Below are positions 9,346 to 19,002 of a stretch of DNA of 26,370 nt, piece by piece. Position numbers and translations under genes: made by a program. The stretch is from Candidatus Izemoplasmatales bacterium (GTDB lineage: Bacteria > Bacillota_I > Bacilli_A > Izemoplasmatales > Hujiaoplasmataceae). Under the pieces are notes generated by a model. The model did no database searches, was not told where the DNA came from, and saw nothing but the letters and a program-made list of their open reading frames with translations. How positions within the stretch are numbered: the first letter of the stretch is position 1; every line of letters begins with the position of its first letter. The stretch is taken from assembly GCA_050177605.1 (NCBI GenBank), contig JBFXGX010000024.1, positions 1 through 26,370 of the forward strand. Direction: 5' to 3'.

Positions 9346-10329
9346 TCATTTTTTGTATGAAATCCCTTCCAAATCAATTTCAAATCGACAAATAAGATCA
9401 CCGTCTAAACAATTATTGATTACTTTAATGGGTAGTTTTTGACCTAAAATAATCTCAAATGGAAACTTTGCAAAGCCAGCTGAGCAATAACACCATCTTC
9501 CAGATACAGGAGCGTTATTTCCCCGAATGGATTCTTTTGCAAAGGAACAATGACAACCATGATATCTTTTTTCTGTATCTGTTTTTGCTTTTAGATAAGC
9601 ATCGGTGTCATAGGGTATTTTCGTAATATAAAGCTTCTCATTTTCTATTTTTGCGGATAATATTTCTTGATTTGAAGATACATAATCAATGACATCCTGT
9701 GTAATCCATTGTTCAAACCACACCTTTTTTTCTTGATAATGATGAGTTAACTCTTCAATTTTGCGAAGGTGTCGTTCTTTTAAATATACTTCAAGCGAAG
9801 GAGCGGCCTCATATAACAACTTTTCGGGAAGAACACTTTTTTCACTTAGGGAATGATTGTTTCCAGTGAGAATTTGTTCTACCTCTACTTCAGAGTAGTG
9901 TTGCTCAAGACGGTTCATGAATTCTTTGGTGAATCCAGGAATATCCTCTGGGTCCATTCCTAGTCTCGGAATAGATAAGTCTTTCAAGAGTGCTTCATAT
10001 TCGCTTGTTGAATGAAGAGAACGAAAACGAGCAAAAATATTTTCTAAGACATCAATCATCCCTGTATATCTCGTAAGGAATATATAACTATCATGGTCCT
10101 TTTTCACGGAGGTATACCTTAATAGGGCAAGAAAGAAATCAATTGTAGTTTCCTTTTTTTGATAACTTGACTTGATAAATCTTCTCAAAAGTTCTTTTTG
10201 GGATATTTCTTCATTAGGTAGTGTTTTCTCTTCAAGCCATAACTTTTCTAAAATCTTTATCGTTTCGTTATATGTTTCATCTGATAGATGATTGAGAGTA
10301 AAGTATTCTCTCAGTTCATCAAGTAACAT
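9346..10329 (-). CDS. Hypothetical protein with a Cys-rich C-terminal V4R/DUF6144-like domain
   Basis: GCHC...WCYCSAGF...CLDGDLICRFEI; start moved to ATG 10329, 1 nt after the pruA stop. Confidence 0.6.
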   Translation of the reverse strand: MLLDELREYFTLNHLSDETYNETIKILEKLWLEEKTLPNEEISQKELLRRFIKSSYQKKETTIDFFLALLRYTSVKKDHDSYIFLTRYTGMIDVLENIFARFRSLHSTSEYEALLKDLSIPRLGMDPEDIPGFTKEFMNRLEQHYSEVEVEQILTGNNHSLSEKSVLPEKLLYEAAPSLEVYLKERHLRKIEELTHHYQEKKVWFEQWITQDVIDYVSSNQEILSAKIENEKLYITKIPYDTDAYLKAKTDTEKRYHGCHCSFAKESIRGNNAPVSGRWCYCSAGFAKFPFEIILGQKLPIKVINNCLDGDLICRFEIDLEGISYKK

Positions 10330-10330
10330 A

Positions 10331-11887
10331 TTATAATGCTTCGGATACAGATTTTCCTTGCATATGAAGTACAAGATAATCTGGACCGCCGGCTTTAGAA
10401 TCTGTACCACTCATATTAAAACCGCCAAATGGTTGATAACCAACGATTGCTCCAGTACATTTGCGGTTGAAATAGAGGTTTCCAACATGAAATTCTTCTC
10501 TCGCTTTTTCAAGATGATTACGGTTATTCGAAATCACTGCACCTGTTAGACCAAATTCGGTATCATTGACGACGTTTAGTCCTTCTTCAAAAGAAGCCAC
10601 TTTTGTTACTGCTAAAACTGGCCCAAAGACTTCTTCTTGCATTAATCTAGCTTTTGGATCTAAGTCAGTAATGATGGTTGGCTCAATAAACCAACCAGTT
10701 TCATCATGCCCGATACCTCCACATAATAACTTGCCTTCTTGTTTCCCAATTTCAATATAATTCATGATTGATTTGTACGCTGAAGCATCATTGACTGGAC
10801 CCATGTTATTTGAAAGATTGATAGGATTTCCAAGTTTGATTTCTTTTGTGAGTTTCACCATTTCTGCAATGACTTCATCATACACTAATTCATGAATAAT
10901 TGCTCTAGAACAAGCACTACATTTTTGTCCGCTAAAGCCAAATGCACTTTTTACGATCGATTCGGCTGCTAGGTGAAGGTCACAATCTTCATCAACTAAA
11001 ATTGCGTCTTTACCTCCCATTTCTGCAATGACACGTTTTAACCAAATTTGTCCAGGTTGTACTTTTGCAGCATTTTCATAGATATTCATTCCAACTTCTT
11101 TACTTCCAGTGAAGGAAACAAATCGCGTTTTAGGATGTTTTACAATGAAATCACCAATTACAGATCCTTTTCCAGGTAAAAAGTTCACCACACCATCTGG
11201 TAACCCAGCTTCGCGTAATACCTGAATAAAATGATAGGCTATCACTTGTGTTGTCATCGCAGGTTTTAAAATCACGGTATTTCCAGAAACAATGGCCGCA
11301 GATGTCATTCCTGTTAGTATGGCAAGCGGAAAGTTCCAAGGTGTGATGATTGCGCCAACACCAAGTGGAATATAGAAGTATTCATTTCTTTCAATATTTG
11401 GTCTGGATAAAACCACGTCATCAATTCTAGATAGTGATAAGATTTGTCTTCCGTAATATTCTAAAAAGTCGATTGCTTCCGCGGTATCCGCGTCAGCTTC
11501 TGCCCAAGGTTTTCCAGCTTCTAGTGTCATTAATGCACTAAATTCATGTTTGCGTCTTCTAATTATGTTCGCTGCTTTAAATAGCACATCAGCTCTCATT
11601 TTTGGAGAGGTCTTTTTCCAAGTTTCAAATGCTTTCAATGCACTATCCATCGCTAGACGAGCTTCATCCATTCCTGCTTGATGAATATTGCCAATGACTT
11701 CTTTAAAATCAGCTGGATTTAAAGAAGAATACACTTGGTTTGTGAAAACATCTTTTCCACCAATCCAAAGCGGATAGGTTTGCCCTAGACTTGTTTTGAC
11801 TTTGGCTAAAGCTTCTTCATAAAGTTTCACATTTTTAGGGTCATTAAAATTGGTTAATGGTTCAGTTACATAAGAATAAATACTCAT
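10331..11887 (-). CDS. pruA: 1-pyrroline-5-carboxylate (L-glutamate gamma-semialdehyde) dehydrogenase, RocA/PruA type
   Basis: [61 protein letters not shown]. Confidence 0.95.
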   Translation of the reverse strand: MSIYSYVTEPLTNFNDPKNVKLYEEALAKVKTSLGQTYPLWIGGKDVFTNQVYSSLNPADFKEVIGNIHQAGMDEARLAMDSALKAFETWKKTSPKMRADVLFKAANIIRRRKHEFSALMTLEAGKPWAEADADTAEAIDFLEYYGRQILSLSRIDDVVLSRPNIERNEYFYIPLGVGAIITPWNFPLAILTGMTSAAIVSGNTVILKPAMTTQVIAYHFIQVLREAGLPDGVVNFLPGKGSVIGDFIVKHPKTRFVSFTGSKEVGMNIYENAAKVQPGQIWLKRVIAEMGGKDAILVDEDCDLHLAAESIVKSAFGFSGQKCSACSRAIIHELVYDEVIAEMVKLTKEIKLGNPINLSNNMGPVNDASAYKSIMNYIEIGKQEGKLLCGGIGHDETGWFIEPTIITDLDPKARLMQEEVFGPVLAVTKVASFEEGLNVVNDTEFGLTGAVISNNRNHLEKAREEFHVGNLYFNRKCTGAIVGYQPFGGFNMSGTDSKAGGPDYLVLHMQGKSVSEAL

Positions 11888-11907
11888 TTTTCATCTACCT
11901 TTCTATA

Positions 11908-13053
11908 TTAGACAACAGAGGATTCAACTGTTGCTTGTTTCATTTCTTTGAAGCGTTCTAAATCATATAATGCTTTATCAACGGTTGTTTCTTGATTCAA
12001 TATCAACTCTTTCATTAAGCGTCCCGTCATTGGAGAAAACATAAACCCATGTCCTGAGAAACCACAAGCTGTAAAGAAACCATCTACTTCTTTCACTTTC
12101 GAAATAATTGGTTGTTTATCAGGACTATTATTATAACTGCCACCCCATTGTCTGATTACTCTTAATTCACCGATAATCGGGGCAATGTCACATATCGTCT
12201 TTGACATTTCATCGAGGAATGACCATGAAGAGGATATATTGTGGTCGTGAAGCTGATGAGGTGTCGTTCTTCCCATTAAGAAACTACCGTGTGGAACTTG
12301 TTGGCAATAAAGGTTTTTGCTGAAAGACATCACCATCGGGCCTTGCATTTTCTCAATCGGTTCTGTTACTAATATCTCATGATTCTCAGAATACACAGGA
12401 ATATCAACACCTACCATCAATCCAATTTCATGAGCAAATCCACCTGCCGCATTGACGACAATATTGGCTTCATAATATGATTTGTTGGTTTGAACACCAA
12501 CTATTTTATTAGATTCTGTAGTGATCGAAGTGACTTCTTCAAAGAAATGGAAAATCACGCCGAGTCTCTTTGCGGCTAAATAAAAGGCTTCTGTCATTTT
12601 AAAAGGATTCAAATGTCCATCAGTATGACAAAATGTTGCACTGATGAAAGAATCAGGATTCAAGTAAGGAACGATCTCTAAAGCTTCCTTAACTGAGAGT
12701 TTTTTAGCTGGAATTCCAAGTCGATTTTGCATTTCAACATTTTTTGTAAATTGTTGGTCTTCTTCTTTTGTTGTAGCTAAGATTAGATAGCCTTCTTGCT
12801 TGAACTCAATATCACCATCATACTCGAGTTCTTCTTTCGCAGTGGAGAAAAATTCCATACTTTTCTTGGCTAAGATACAATTAGCCTCAGTTGCCCATTG
12901 TTGTCTTATTCCTGCGCCACATCTTCCAGTAGCCCCACTCGTGAGATAACTAGAATCAAGCACTAAAATATCTTTTACGCCAGTTTTTGCCAAATGGTAT
13001 GCGATTGAACAACCAGAGATACCTGCACCAATAATGACAACTTTACTCTTCAT
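11908..13053 (-). CDS. FAD-dependent oxidoreductase, sarcosine oxidase beta / dye-linked proline dehydrogenase beta-like
   Basis: IIGAGISG, GATGRCGAGIRQQW, RQWGG, GFSGHGFM; start moved to ATG 13053 behind GAAGGTG. Confidence 0.88.
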   Translation of the reverse strand: MKSKVVIIGAGISGCSIAYHLAKTGVKDILVLDSSYLTSGATGRCGAGIRQQWATEANCILAKKSMEFFSTAKEELEYDGDIEFKQEGYLILATTKEEDQQFTKNVEMQNRLGIPAKKLSVKEALEIVPYLNPDSFISATFCHTDGHLNPFKMTEAFYLAAKRLGVIFHFFEEVTSITTESNKIVGVQTNKSYYEANIVVNAAGGFAHEIGLMVGVDIPVYSENHEILVTEPIEKMQGPMVMSFSKNLYCQQVPHGSFLMGRTTPHQLHDHNISSSWSFLDEMSKTICDIAPIIGELRVIRQWGGSYNNSPDKQPIISKVKEVDGFFTACGFSGHGFMFSPMTGRLMKELILNQETTVDKALYDLERFKEMKQATVESSVV

Positions 13054-13321
13054 GCTTGGCACCTTCCTTAATCGACTTCAGTTTGACTCCAGTCGTAAGT
13101 GGTCGTACTTTTGGTAATGCAATTTCTTCCATATCTTTCTTTAAATACTTTGCTAATTCTCGTTGAATAATCTCAGTACAGGTTTGACCTTGACAAGGTC
13201 CCATTCCTACCCGTAATTGTCTTTTTAAGTCCTCAAAATTGGTATAGCCTTGATCGAAAGCTTGATAGATTTCTTCAAGGGTAATATCTTCACACCTACA
13301 AATAATTGTTTTATTTTCCAT
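13043..13321 (-). CDS. BFD-like [2Fe-2S] protein (split alpha-subunit C-terminal domain)
   Basis: ICRCEDIT...GMGPCQGQTC...RP; start moved to ATG 13321. Confidence 0.88.
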   Translation of the reverse strand: MENKTIICRCEDITLEEIYQAFDQGYTNFEDLKRQLRVGMGPCQGQTCTEIIQRELAKYLKKDMEEIALPKVRPLTTGVKLKSIKEGAKHEE

Positions 13322-13796
13322 TTTTACACCTGATTGCTCGAAAATCATATAGATATTTCCCGTCTATTTCAATTGTAACAACTTTGGTTTTATCATTTTT
13401 AACTGTGTCAATAACCGAAATAATGAGAACATCAGCAATGTAATTTCCCTCACGGTCAAGTCCTTCCCATTGTTCATTCTTGACTGGGAATGGATAAAAC
13501 TCATAGGGTATTTTGAATCTTGCTTTGTCTTGGTTCATTTCGACCATCATGATTGCTTGTCCTGGACAGACACTAATACATTTCGTACATGAAGTGCATA
13601 ACGCTGCATCATAAACAGGAACCTTGTTGATATCCTCGCCTACGACGATGGCCCCAACAGGACAAACACTTTCACAAGGATTACAGGGTATTTCTTCATA
13701 ACACTCGATGACAACTTTGGGTTTAGTAAGGAGTGAAACATCTGGGAATTTGGAGAGAACTTGTTCTTTCAACGGAACACCCGTTTGTTTAAGCAT
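13311..13796 (-). CDS. [4Fe-4S] dicluster protein (dehydrogenase gamma-like subunit)
   Basis: ECYEEIPCNPCESVCP and CTSCTKCISVCPG. Confidence 0.88.
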   Translation of the reverse strand: MLKQTGVPLKEQVLSKFPDVSLLTKPKVVIECYEEIPCNPCESVCPVGAIVVGEDINKVPVYDAALCTSCTKCISVCPGQAIMMVEMNQDKARFKIPYEFYPFPVKNEQWEGLDREGNYIADVLIISVIDTVKNDKTKVVTIEIDGKYLYDFRAIRCKNGK

Positions 13797-14880
13797 GATC
13801 TTCCCTCCCTAGTTTTTCCATTCCTATTCTTGTTTTAGCACCAAAAGGTCCATTTCTTAAAGAATCTAGTTGTTGATGCAATTCAATCAATTTTGCTTCA
13901 TCATCCTGCCCAGGTTTATTTAAATAAATTGAGGCGTATATTCCAGTTAAACTACCTTCCACCATCGCTGAGCTAGCCTCTTCAATTCCTGATACATCGC
14001 CACAGACATATACACCTTTCATCGAAGTTTGGTGGGTTTCATCGATCACAGGAACTTTTCCGCCCAGTTCCTTAATATATTTCATTTTAATTCCTACCAT
14101 TGATAGTAGTTGATGCATTGGAGAAAGTCCAACGCTGATACAAAGTGTATCCGCATCAAAAGACATTTCAGTGCCAGGAATCTGTGCCCAAGTACGATCG
14201 AGTCCGATCGTTTCTACACGTTCAATTTTGGATGTTCCTTCTGCTCGTTTAATCGTTCTAGAAGTATAAATAGGTATCCCTAGTCGACGAATTTTAGAGG
14301 CATGTACTGAATATCCACCAATTTGACTGGATGCTTCGATGATACACATTACTTTCACACCTGCTTGTACAAGTTGATAACTTACAATGAGTCCTATATT
14401 CCCAGACCCAACCATAACGACTTTTTTCCCTGGCATCACACCATATTGATTCATTAAAGTTTGAACTGCACCAGCTCCATAAATACCGGGTAAATCATTG
14501 TTTTCAAAAGCAAGATACTTTTCACTTGCACCTGTCGCAATGATAAAAGCATCTGCAGTATATTTTTCATATTTGTCAAAACGAAGTGTCGTAATTACCC
14601 GATCTGGGTAAAATGCAATGACAGTCGTATCCGTCAGCACATCAATATATTGATGATTAGAACTGACTTTATCTATTAATATTTTGGCAATATCAAATCC
14701 TCGAACAGAAGCGAATTGTAATGCAGAGCCAAAGAACTTATGCGTTTGTTTGAGGAGTTGACCTCCAAGTTCATGACTTCGTTCAATTATTAATGTTTTG
14801 ACCTCATGTGACGCAGCTTCTAGGGCAGCTCTTAGTCCCGCAGGTCCGCCACCGACAATGATTAAATCATATTTTTTCAC
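13789..14880 (-). CDS. NAD(P)/FAD-dependent oxidoreductase (sarcosine oxidase / proline dehydrogenase alpha-like)
   Basis: VGGGPAG, GGQLLKQTHKFFG, ATGA, GSGNIG, GD..GIEEASSAM; GTGA overlap with the upstream gene. Confidence 0.88.
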   Translation of the reverse strand: MKKYDLIIVGGGPAGLRAALEAASHEVKTLIIERSHELGGQLLKQTHKFFGSALQFASVRGFDIAKILIDKVSSNHQYIDVLTDTTVIAFYPDRVITTLRFDKYEKYTADAFIIATGASEKYLAFENNDLPGIYGAGAVQTLMNQYGVMPGKKVVMVGSGNIGLIVSYQLVQAGVKVMCIIEASSQIGGYSVHASKIRRLGIPIYTSRTIKRAEGTSKIERVETIGLDRTWAQIPGTEMSFDADTLCISVGLSPMHQLLSMVGIKMKYIKELGGKVPVIDETHQTSMKGVYVCGDVSGIEEASSAMVEGSLTGIYASIYLNKPGQDDEAKLIELHQQLDSLRNGPFGAKTRIGMEKLGREDHA

Positions 14881-15182
14881 TTGAGTACGCCTCTGTCACT
14901 TTGGGTAGATACATTCATACCCTCTTCAAGTAAAGTGACACATGTTCTTACATTTGGTACGCCATTGACAACCATATTACAGGAACCACAGTTCCCTATT
15001 GCACAATAAAATCCCCTACTACGATGATGTTTACTACTCTTGGAATACTCATATTTTCCATTATCATGAAGTGCAGATGCTATCGTGTCTCCTTGTTGAC
15101 CAAATAATAATTCTCCGTTATAAAAAAAACGAATTTGATCTTTTTTTTGAAACGTTAGTATTGGATGATGCTCTACTCTCAT
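14877..15182 (-). CDS. [2Fe-2S] protein (Fer2_4-type, split alpha-subunit N-terminal domain)
   Basis: GDTIASAL, RGFYCAIGNCGSC, NVRTC. Confidence 0.88.
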   Translation of the reverse strand: MRVEHHPILTFQKKDQIRFFYNGELLFGQQGDTIASALHDNGKYEYSKSSKHHRSRGFYCAIGNCGSCNMVVNGVPNVRTCVTLLEEGMNVSTQSDRGVLK

Positions 15183-15214
15183 ATCTTCACCGCTTTCCCA
15201 TGTACTATATTAAC

Positions 15215-15228
15215 ATAAAGCGCTTACA
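15215..15228 (-). promoter_or_regulatory. cre-like LacI-family operator TGTAAGCGCTTTAT
   Basis: Central-CG pseudo-palindrome about 33 nt upstream of the first gene; same TGTAAGCG half-site as 9191-9204. Confidence 0.65.
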
Positions 15229-15248
15229 TAATAAAGAATAAAAAAAAG

Positions 15249-15275
15249 AAAAAAAGGACAAATATAATTTGTCCT
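15249..15275 (-). terminator. Intrinsic terminator of the ABC exporter operon
   Basis: AGGACAAAT-3nt-ATTTGTCCT plus a T tract on the minus strand. Confidence 0.85.
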
Positions 15276-15281
15276 CAACTG

Positions 15282-16073
15282 TTACACCATAAATTCTCTT
15301 TTTTGATATCTAAGATATGAAAATATCATAAGTATAATCGAGAGACCAATAAATATAAGAAGCGTTATCCACTCGAAATCAGCTCCTTCTTTCAATATTT
15401 GAACAGGATCTGCGAATGTAAAAGGCGTTGCATATTTGAATTCTTTTAAGAGATCATTATTGGTCATTTGACTTATGATACTAATGATATATAACACTAA
15501 AGGTAGTGCGATAGCGCCCATCGATTTTTGTGTTGGTTTTAAAAAACATGCTAGTACAAAACCAAATAGAGCCATCACTAAGAATAAAGCGGTATTAAAT
15601 AAATTAAATTGAATGAATAACCATTGGTCAATCGATTCTTTTAACATGGCAAAGGCTAAAATGCTTAATAAATAATTAAATAATGAGAATAAAATAACAT
15701 TAACCATCACTCTTATCCATTTTGTAATAAAAAATACATTTCTTCGGTAAGGAAGTTGATAAATGCTTTCTACTGTCTTTTCTTTGTCATCACGATTGAT
15801 TGCCCCAAATCCTTCCATAACTGCATATATTCCACCAAAAAGTTGTAACATCATTACACCTTCTGTAGCGTAATATTCTAGGATATTATTTGGAACGCCA
15901 CCAAATGAATTTAAGAAATCCATATACTCTGCTGGAATGGATGAATACATATCTTTCACCATTGGATAAAGAACGATTACCAGCAACATCGAAAGTCCAA
16001 TACTTAATGACCACCCTAACAAACTTTTAAAACTACGTCTAAATTCAAAAGCAAAGAGCACACTAGAGAACAT
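15282..16073 (-). CDS. ABC-2 type exporter permease
   Basis: About six hydrophobic segments, KY.TPF motif; start moved to ATG 16073 (AAGGA RBS). Confidence 0.85.
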   Translation of the reverse strand: MFSSVLFAFEFRRSFKSLLGWSLSIGLSMLLVIVLYPMVKDMYSSIPAEYMDFLNSFGGVPNNILEYYATEGVMMLQLFGGIYAVMEGFGAINRDDKEKTVESIYQLPYRRNVFFITKWIRVMVNVILFSLFNYLLSILAFAMLKESIDQWLFIQFNLFNTALFLVMALFGFVLACFLKPTQKSMGAIALPLVLYIISIISQMTNNDLLKEFKYATPFTFADPVQILKEGADFEWITLLIFIGLSIILMIFSYLRYQKREFMV

Positions 16074-16947
16074 TGTCTTGTCCTTCTTTCTGATAGTAGC
16101 CAATAAAGATTTCTTCTAAAGAAGCATCTTTAATTTGTACGCTTGTAAATGAAAAACCAGATAAATAAGTAAGCAACTTATTAATGTCACCTTGGTAATC
16201 ATAAAAACCTGTTTCTTCTTTCACTTCTGCTAATGTAAGTCCTGCAATCAATTTTTTGGTGATGATTGGAGAAAGAATCACTTTCTTCGTAATCTTGTCG
16301 CTGACATCTTTCATTTCAAACACGGCTTTAATCTCGCCTTCTCGAATCAGCGCAACTCTATCACAGATTTTTTCAACTTCAGATAAGATATGAGAAGATA
16401 GAAATATGGTGACGCCTTTTTTCTTTTCTTCAAGAAGTAATTCTAGAAACGTTTGTTGCATCAAAGGGTCTAAGCCTGTGGTCGGTTCATCTAGAATGAG
16501 CAATTTTGGTTGATGCATTAAAGCAACAACGATGCCAAGTTTCTTTTTATTTCCGAAAGAAAGTTCAGATACCTTCTTTGATAAGTCTAAATCAAAACGT
16601 TCTATGAGTTCCATTTCTCTCTCTGAAGATATTTTTCTCATTGCACCGTAAAACTTCAGTACATCTTTCACTTTCATTTCAGGAAAGAAAAAAGCCTCAC
16701 TTGGTAGATACCCTATTTCTTTGTTTAGTTGTGGAGAATCTTTCCCTGGGAGTTGATTAAAGATAGATACTTCTCCAAGTGTAGGATGAATGAGACCAAG
16801 TAAAATACGAATAAGAGTGGTTTTCCCTGCTCCATTTGGTCCAACAAATCCAAAGATTTCTCCTTCACGGACTGAAAATGTTGCGCTTTCAAGTCCTCTC
16901 GATTTCCCATAATACTTTTTTAAGTTTGTAATTTTGATTGCATCCAA
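16063..16947 (-). CDS. ABC exporter ATP-binding protein
   Basis: GPNGAGKTT, LSFGN signature variant, LILDEP, SSH; TTG start with GAGGTGA. Confidence 0.94.
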   Translation of the reverse strand: MDAIKITNLKKYYGKSRGLESATFSVREGEIFGFVGPNGAGKTTLIRILLGLIHPTLGEVSIFNQLPGKDSPQLNKEIGYLPSEAFFFPEMKVKDVLKFYGAMRKISSEREMELIERFDLDLSKKVSELSFGNKKKLGIVVALMHQPKLLILDEPTTGLDPLMQQTFLELLLEEKKKGVTIFLSSHILSEVEKICDRVALIREGEIKAVFEMKDVSDKITKKVILSPIITKKLIAGLTLAEVKEETGFYDYQGDINKLLTYLSGFSFTSVQIKDASLEEIFIGYYQKEGQDNVL

Positions 16948-16969
16948 GTTACGTCACCTCTTTCTCTCC

Positions 16970-16978
16970 ATTATAGCA
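16970..16978 (-). promoter_or_regulatory. Extended -10 promoter of the ABC operon
   Basis: TGCTATAAT just upstream of the RBS. Confidence 0.65.
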
Positions 16979-17000
16979 CAAGGTCATCCCTATGGATGAT

Positions 17001-17507
17001 TTATTTCTTAATCCAGTAACGATAGACATAATGTCCTTGATCAAGCACTTCATTTTCTTTGATACCACCACAAGATTCAATCGTTTTATAACTTGCTGGA
17101 TTATCATCGTCTGCCGTAACTAATATATCTTCTATTCCTAACGCTCTTGCTGCTACACAAGCCAGTTTCAACATTTCTTTCGCTTTGCCTTTCCCTCTTT
17201 GTGAAGGTCGGATTCCATAGCCAATATGTCCGCCAACAAAAAGGAGATAATCATTTAGAATATGACGAATATGGACTGCTCCAATGATTTCATTATTTTC
17301 CATAAACAAATAGAAGGATGCTGGAACATTTCCTTCTTTACAAGTCTCGCTCTTTTCTTGATTCATTGTAAAAAGTAACCACTCTTGATAGGACATTTCA
17401 AATAAACGCATACTTCCTGGGACCATTTTTTCTTCGCCCCATTCATGTAAATAATCTAATATCATAGTTTCATCTTTCGTTGTTGGTTTTCTTAAGTAAT
17501 AAGACAT
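17001..17507 (-). CDS. GNAT-family N-acetyltransferase
   Basis: GGHIGYGIRPSQRGKGKA and N.AS..TIE..GG. Confidence 0.9.
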   Translation of the reverse strand: MSYYLRKPTTKDETMILDYLHEWGEEKMVPGSMRLFEMSYQEWLLFTMNQEKSETCKEGNVPASFYLFMENNEIIGAVHIRHILNDYLLFVGGHIGYGIRPSQRGKGKAKEMLKLACVAARALGIEDILVTADDDNPASYKTIESCGGIKENEVLDQGHYVYRYWIKK

Positions 17508-18900
17508 CTTCTACCACCCTTTCTAGTATAGAAACGATTTTCATCATATTTTCTTTTGTTAAATGCGCATACCCAAATACAAATTTATTTTGAAACCTTT
17601 TTTCATTTTCAAAACAATACTCAGAAAGTGGATATAAACGCAAACTTTTTTTCTTTGCTTCTAGCGTCATCAATTCTTCACTTAATTCCTTGTCAAACCT
17701 GACAATAAAATGAAGCCCAGCACTTTCCCCTTCAATTTGAATTCGGTCATGTAATATAGGACTTCTTTCAAGGATTTCTATAAAATCATCTCTTTTCGAT
17801 TTATAGAGCTGTTTCATCCGATTTAAATGGCGTTCGAAATGGCCATCTTTCATAAAGAGGTATAGACCGATTTGTTCGCTCATTGTCACTGGGTTTGAAA
17901 AGAATTTATATTGCTCTTCGAGAATTTTAAGAAGTTCAAGTGGTAGAATCATAAAACTAATACGTTTTGTAGGAGATAAACTTTTCGAGAAACTATTCAT
18001 ATAAATGACTTTATCATATTGATCAAGTCCTTTTAGTGCTGGTATGGGATTGCCGATAAAGCGAAACTCTGAATCATAGTCATCTTCAATAATATAGTGT
18101 TTAGCATCCTCATTGGCCCACTTGAGTAATTCTATTCTTCTTGAATAAGGCATAACAATCCCTGTGGGAAATTGGTGCGAAGGACTCACATGAACAACAG
18201 AAGCACCATGGGAAATTAAATCATGAGTGCTCAGTCCATTTTCATCTAGATTTCCAAACTTCACCGAACATCCGAAGGATTCATATAATCTCTTTGTTTT
18301 AACAAAACTTGGATTTTCAATCATATAGTGCTCTTCTTTTCCAAGAATCAAGGTGATGAGTTGTAATAGATAGTCACTTCCAGACCCAACGATAATCTGT
18401 TCGGGTAAAACAGAAATACCTCGATACGAAAGGACATACTTCGCTATTTCTTTTCTTAGTGGATAATACCCTTCAAAAGGAATATCATTTAGTTCACTAG
18501 CATATTCTGGTTGGTAAACATTCTTCATTATTTTATTCCATACTTGATAAGGGAAATGAGTATCATCCACAAGGTTTGTTTTTAAGTCAAATTCGTAAGT
18601 AAAACGTATATTTTGTTTCACTACTTTTAACTCTTTTTGATTTGAATGGAAGAAAGGATCAATTTCCTCGACGAAATAACCACTTCTTGGGACACTTCGA
18701 ATAAATCCTTCTGCCATCAATTGTAAATAGGCGCTTTCTACTGTAACCTCAGAACACTTAAGGTGTGAAGCGAGTTTTCGTTTTGATGGCAATTTATCAG
18801 ATGCCTTTAAAGTAGAAGATAAAATCATTTCTTTTAATTTTCGATAAAGTTGTTCATATAGAGGTGTACTTGACGCCTCATCGAAGAAAATAGTTATCAT
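17470..18900 (-). CDS. pdxR: MocR/GabR-family PLP-dependent regulator, PdxR
   Basis: GntR HTH (LPSKRKLA) plus aminotransferase domain (PSHQFPTG, IIEDDYDSEF, SFSK); divergent from pdxST. Confidence 0.88.
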   Translation of the reverse strand: MITIFFDEASSTPLYEQLYRKLKEMILSSTLKASDKLPSKRKLASHLKCSEVTVESAYLQLMAEGFIRSVPRSGYFVEEIDPFFHSNQKELKVVKQNIRFTYEFDLKTNLVDDTHFPYQVWNKIMKNVYQPEYASELNDIPFEGYYPLRKEIAKYVLSYRGISVLPEQIIVGSGSDYLLQLITLILGKEEHYMIENPSFVKTKRLYESFGCSVKFGNLDENGLSTHDLISHGASVVHVSPSHQFPTGIVMPYSRRIELLKWANEDAKHYIIEDDYDSEFRFIGNPIPALKGLDQYDKVIYMNSFSKSLSPTKRISFMILPLELLKILEEQYKFFSNPVTMSEQIGLYLFMKDGHFERHLNRMKQLYKSKRDDFIEILERSPILHDRIQIEGESAGLHFIVRFDKELSEELMTLEAKKKSLRLYPLSEYCFENEKRFQNKFVFGYAHLTKENMMKIVSILERVVEDVLLLKKTNNER

Positions 18901-18902
18901 AT

Positions 18903-18961
18903 CTGACCTTATAAAATAGATTAAAACTGATTATTGTAATAATATCAGTTTATTCTATAAT
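18903..18961 (+). promoter_or_regulatory. pdxST promoter with PdxR boxes
   Basis: CTGACC 18903, CTGATT 18927, inverted ATCAG 18944; -35 TTGTAA 18934, 16-bp spacer, -10 TATAAT 18956. Confidence 0.75.
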
Positions 18962-19002
18962 AAAGGTAGATAAGATATTTGTCAAGAAAGGTATTAATAA
19001 TA

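Noticed and set aside
11908..15182. Annotation as true sarcosine oxidase or HCN synthase
   Set aside because: No folate-binding alpha domain or soxD/soxG genes; adjacency to pruA favours a P5C-yielding substrate, though this is unproven.
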